DNA from: the human T2T-CHM13v2.0 reference genome, Homo sapiens
Assembly: GCF_009914755.1 (NCBI RefSeq)
Contig: NC_060947.1
Length of the DNA stretch: 64,000 bases
Strand: one strand, 5' to 3'
The position numbers and the translations under genes were made by a program. Shown here one piece after another: positions 60,231 through 64,000 of the stretch. Position 1 is the stretch's first letter, and every line of letters begins with the position of its first letter. The notes beneath the pieces were generated by a model that worked only from the letters and a program-made list of their open reading frames with translations, searched no databases and had not been told where the DNA came from.

Positions 60231-60665
60231 ATCATCATTTTCCTCCTCCACAGTGTTTGGCCTGGCTACCAGCAGATACTGGCTACCAGGGTCTTAGAAA
60301 ATTTGTGAAACTGGGTTCATAGTTTTATAAATATGTATTTTCTTTAAATATAAAGTTAGTAAGAAAGACCTAGGGTTGACTATAGACAACTGACACACAA
60401 AATCAGGTGCTGAGCTTTAACTCTTATAAAATATAGGGTATGAAATTCAAATATCATAACTACTTGAATTATATACTAAATACTATATGATTTGAGTAGT
60501 TGGAAGATGCACTAAATACTCTACCTACAAACTAGAATCTAATTAAGAAATTTGGTAAATTCTATTCCCTGGTAGACAATAACAAGTATGCAGACTCAGT
60601 CTAACGTATACGCTAATGCTTGGTGATAAAACGGAAACCAAGGTATTGTTGAGGAAACTACTTCA

Positions 60666-61190
<525 letters not shown>

Positions 61191-61419
61191 TAAGAAAATT
61201 TTTCTTTAAAAAAAGGTGAATTTTGTTAAATTATATCTCAAAAAAATTGTAAAAACCTCAATGTAGTGTATAGTGTATAAAAGTATAAAAAAAGTACATA
61301 TGTTAATTTGTACAGACAAAAGACCAGCAAGGTCACATATCAAAGTGTTACCACTGGTTCTCTTGGTTGACATGCTTATAGACAATTAGAAATGACTGCA
61401 AAAATTTCATTTTAGAAAA

Positions 61420-61547
61420 TTTTTATTTTTGTAGAGACAAGGTCTCATATTATTGCCCAGGCTGGTCTCAAAATCCTGACCTCAAGTGATCCTCCCGCCT
61501 TGGCCTCCAAAAGCACTAGGATTACAGGAATGAGCCACTACCAAGCC
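61420..61547 (-). mobile_element. FLAM / Alu left monomer
   Basis: TTTTTGTAGAGACAAGGTCTC...GGATTACAGGAATGAGCCAC. Confidence 0.88.
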
Positions 61548-61856
61548 AAAATGTTCTATTTTTTGATTGGTGTAATGGTTACATGGATGTATACATTTGG
61601 CAAAACTCATGGAACTGTACACTTTTGATGAATACACTTTATTGTATTTAATTTACATTTCAATAAGGAGGGCTTAAAAATTCCTATCAAAAATTTTGCA
61701 TCAAAAGGCATTTCTGGTTTCTGATTCATCCAATAGACCACCTCTGCTTTGTTGACTGCAAATTTCAGTATGAGATATCAAAAGCAGCATTAAAAAAAAA
61801 AAAGGAAGAACAAAACCATGACCAAGCTGAGCCAATGCTGGATTAAAAAGAAATTA

Positions 61857-62042
<186 letters not shown>

Positions 62043-63206
62043 CTATATGGTGAGCATTTTCTAGAATAAATGACTCCCTGATTTATCTTCACAGTTTCAA
62101 CTTGGTTTAATGTTATAGTTCAATTCTATCAATTAGTTTTCCTTTTTTAAAAACCAAAAGAGCTTTCTTTAACAGTGACACTGAGACTTACCAAATAATT
62201 TAACTAAGTTTAACTGGTAACTCCCTATTCGTAATACAGTATACAACAATTAAATAGAATCATTATTTCAATCATTACAAGGTAAAAATTATCTGAAGAA
62301 AAAAACTCAACTTAAAAATAATTAAGTCACTCAGTAAGTGCTTAATTGTGTATGACGCTAGACTAGGTGCTATATTAAGGGAACTCAGAAACCTGGGGTT
62401 TGTGGTCTAGGAGTTCAATGAGAAGACGGTGAAATTCTTTCATGTATGAAACCCTGACTAGCAGCGCAAGGGTTCTATGAGCTCGAGCAGCTTTAGGCCA
62501 TTTGACACTTGGATAACCAATGAGTAGTACTTCAAGTTGCACAAGAAATAGGAATACTTCCAAATGAAAAGAACAGTTTGGGAACCTAAACTGCAGTACA
62601 ATAATTCCCAAGATATGAATTCCATATCTGGCCCCACCACCCTGCCAAAACAAACAAACTAGCTAACTAACTTGCTGGGGAGTTAGTTGTGTTGCCTAAT
62701 AGCAACCAGAGAAGGGAAAAAAAATGGTACAGGTGGTGGAAAAGCTGTTGTTGCATGTCAATATATAAATTCAACACTACAGCCCAAACCACCCATTAAT
62801 ACTGCCATGTTGAAAAACAGCCAACCAATTATCATTTCTTAGCCCCAAACAGTTGAGATGTCAAAAGATATAGTACAGCAACATAAGCAGGCAGTCTGGC
62901 CAGGGGCAGAAAATCAATAAAAATTTCATGCATGCTGTCAAAGTAAGAGCTAAACAATCAATTGTGCTGCCAGTAGCTTTGGGAAATTCACTCTACTTGG
63001 CTAATTGAAAAATATCCTTTAACTTTGTTACATTGCTACATTTCTACCATGGGGTAGGACCTTGGGATGGACATGTTGCATGATCAGATGAGGCCTCCAT
63101 TTAATTAACAATTATCATTCCAAAATTCAAATTCAAGATGAGTAACCAAAACAGTCACTCTAGAATGTAAGACCACACTACCTAAAAGCAATACTGATAC
63201 TTTTCA

Positions 63207-63338
<132 letters not shown>

Positions 63339-63470
63339 CTAAATATTAAATACAAAAGAGGTGTAAAAAAGGTCAAAGAAGAATGTAAGACTGGGCTACT
63401 TTAGGGGTTTATGCCTCATTCACACTTGTAAATAGCAGCCTTGCAAACAGAAAGGTAGTTTGTGCATATA

Positions 63471-63738
63471 CAGTCATCCCTCAGTATCCTTGGAGGACTG
63501 GCTCCAGGACGCTCGTAGATACCAAAATCCTCCTGCATACTTTAAATCATCTCTAGGTTTCTTTTAGTAACTAACTACAACGTAAATGCTATGTAAATAG
63601 CTGTCATACTGTATTGTTTTAAAATCGGTATTATTTTTATTGTTATACTGTTCGTTGTTTTAGTTTTATTCTAATATTTTCAATCCACAGTTGTTTGGAT
63701 CTGTGGATGCAGGACCCATGGATACGGAGGGCCAACTG
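63471..63738. mobile_element. MER2 (Tigger-derived MITE)
   Basis: TIRs CAGTCATCCCTCAGTATCC / GGATACGGAGGGCCAACTG, TA on both sides. Confidence 0.9.
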
Positions 63739-64000
63739 TAATATGTACAATAGTGTCAAATTCACAGATGCAGAACACAGCCATTCAAAATGTAACACCA
63801 GCACCCACTTGTCCTAGTTCTATGCATATATGAACTATCAAAAACTTTGCCTCTCATGCATATTAGAGGTCAATACATTTCCTTCTTTTTTCATTGCATC
63901 ATGTGTTCTTTCAGATCAGATGTTGAATGTGTGACAGTAGAAGCCAGAAAGCTGATTTGGGGTAACATACATAAGGCCACCAGAACCAAGTAGGAAGTCA

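Overview
Primate, most likely human, genomic DNA. The right ~38 kb hold the 3' part of the P4-ATPase phospholipid flippase ATP11C on the minus strand. Eight constitutive coding exons (63338 down to 37851) splice in frame with GT-AG boundaries and encode the GDGAND hinge motif and the C-terminal transmembrane segments. They are followed by four alternative C-terminal coding segments (VHHLISSSA; VTKRLP...WSE; RNLSCRR...SNVL; NPNLELPMLLSY...GYS) and a ~2.5 kb 3' UTR with AATAAA at 26301-26306. By recalled gene order this is Xq27.1, and a strong minus-strand splice donor at 8098 is a candidate upstream first exon of the neighbouring gene MCF2. The rest is repeat-rich: L1, HAL1, L2, MIR, Alu, MLT/LTR, Hsmar2, Tigger/MER elements and a U13 snoRNA retrocopy. 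The most unusual item is a near-pristine full-length BC200 (BCYRN1) copy occupying the left-arm position of an older AluY inside one target-site duplication (20498-20910). Also notable are two short templated insertions copied from nearby DNA (4362-4411 and 9750-9784) and the stop-near-donor layout of the ATP11C tail exons. Repeat subfamily and isoform names come from recalled consensus sequences, not from a search. I see no wholly new multi-gene system.
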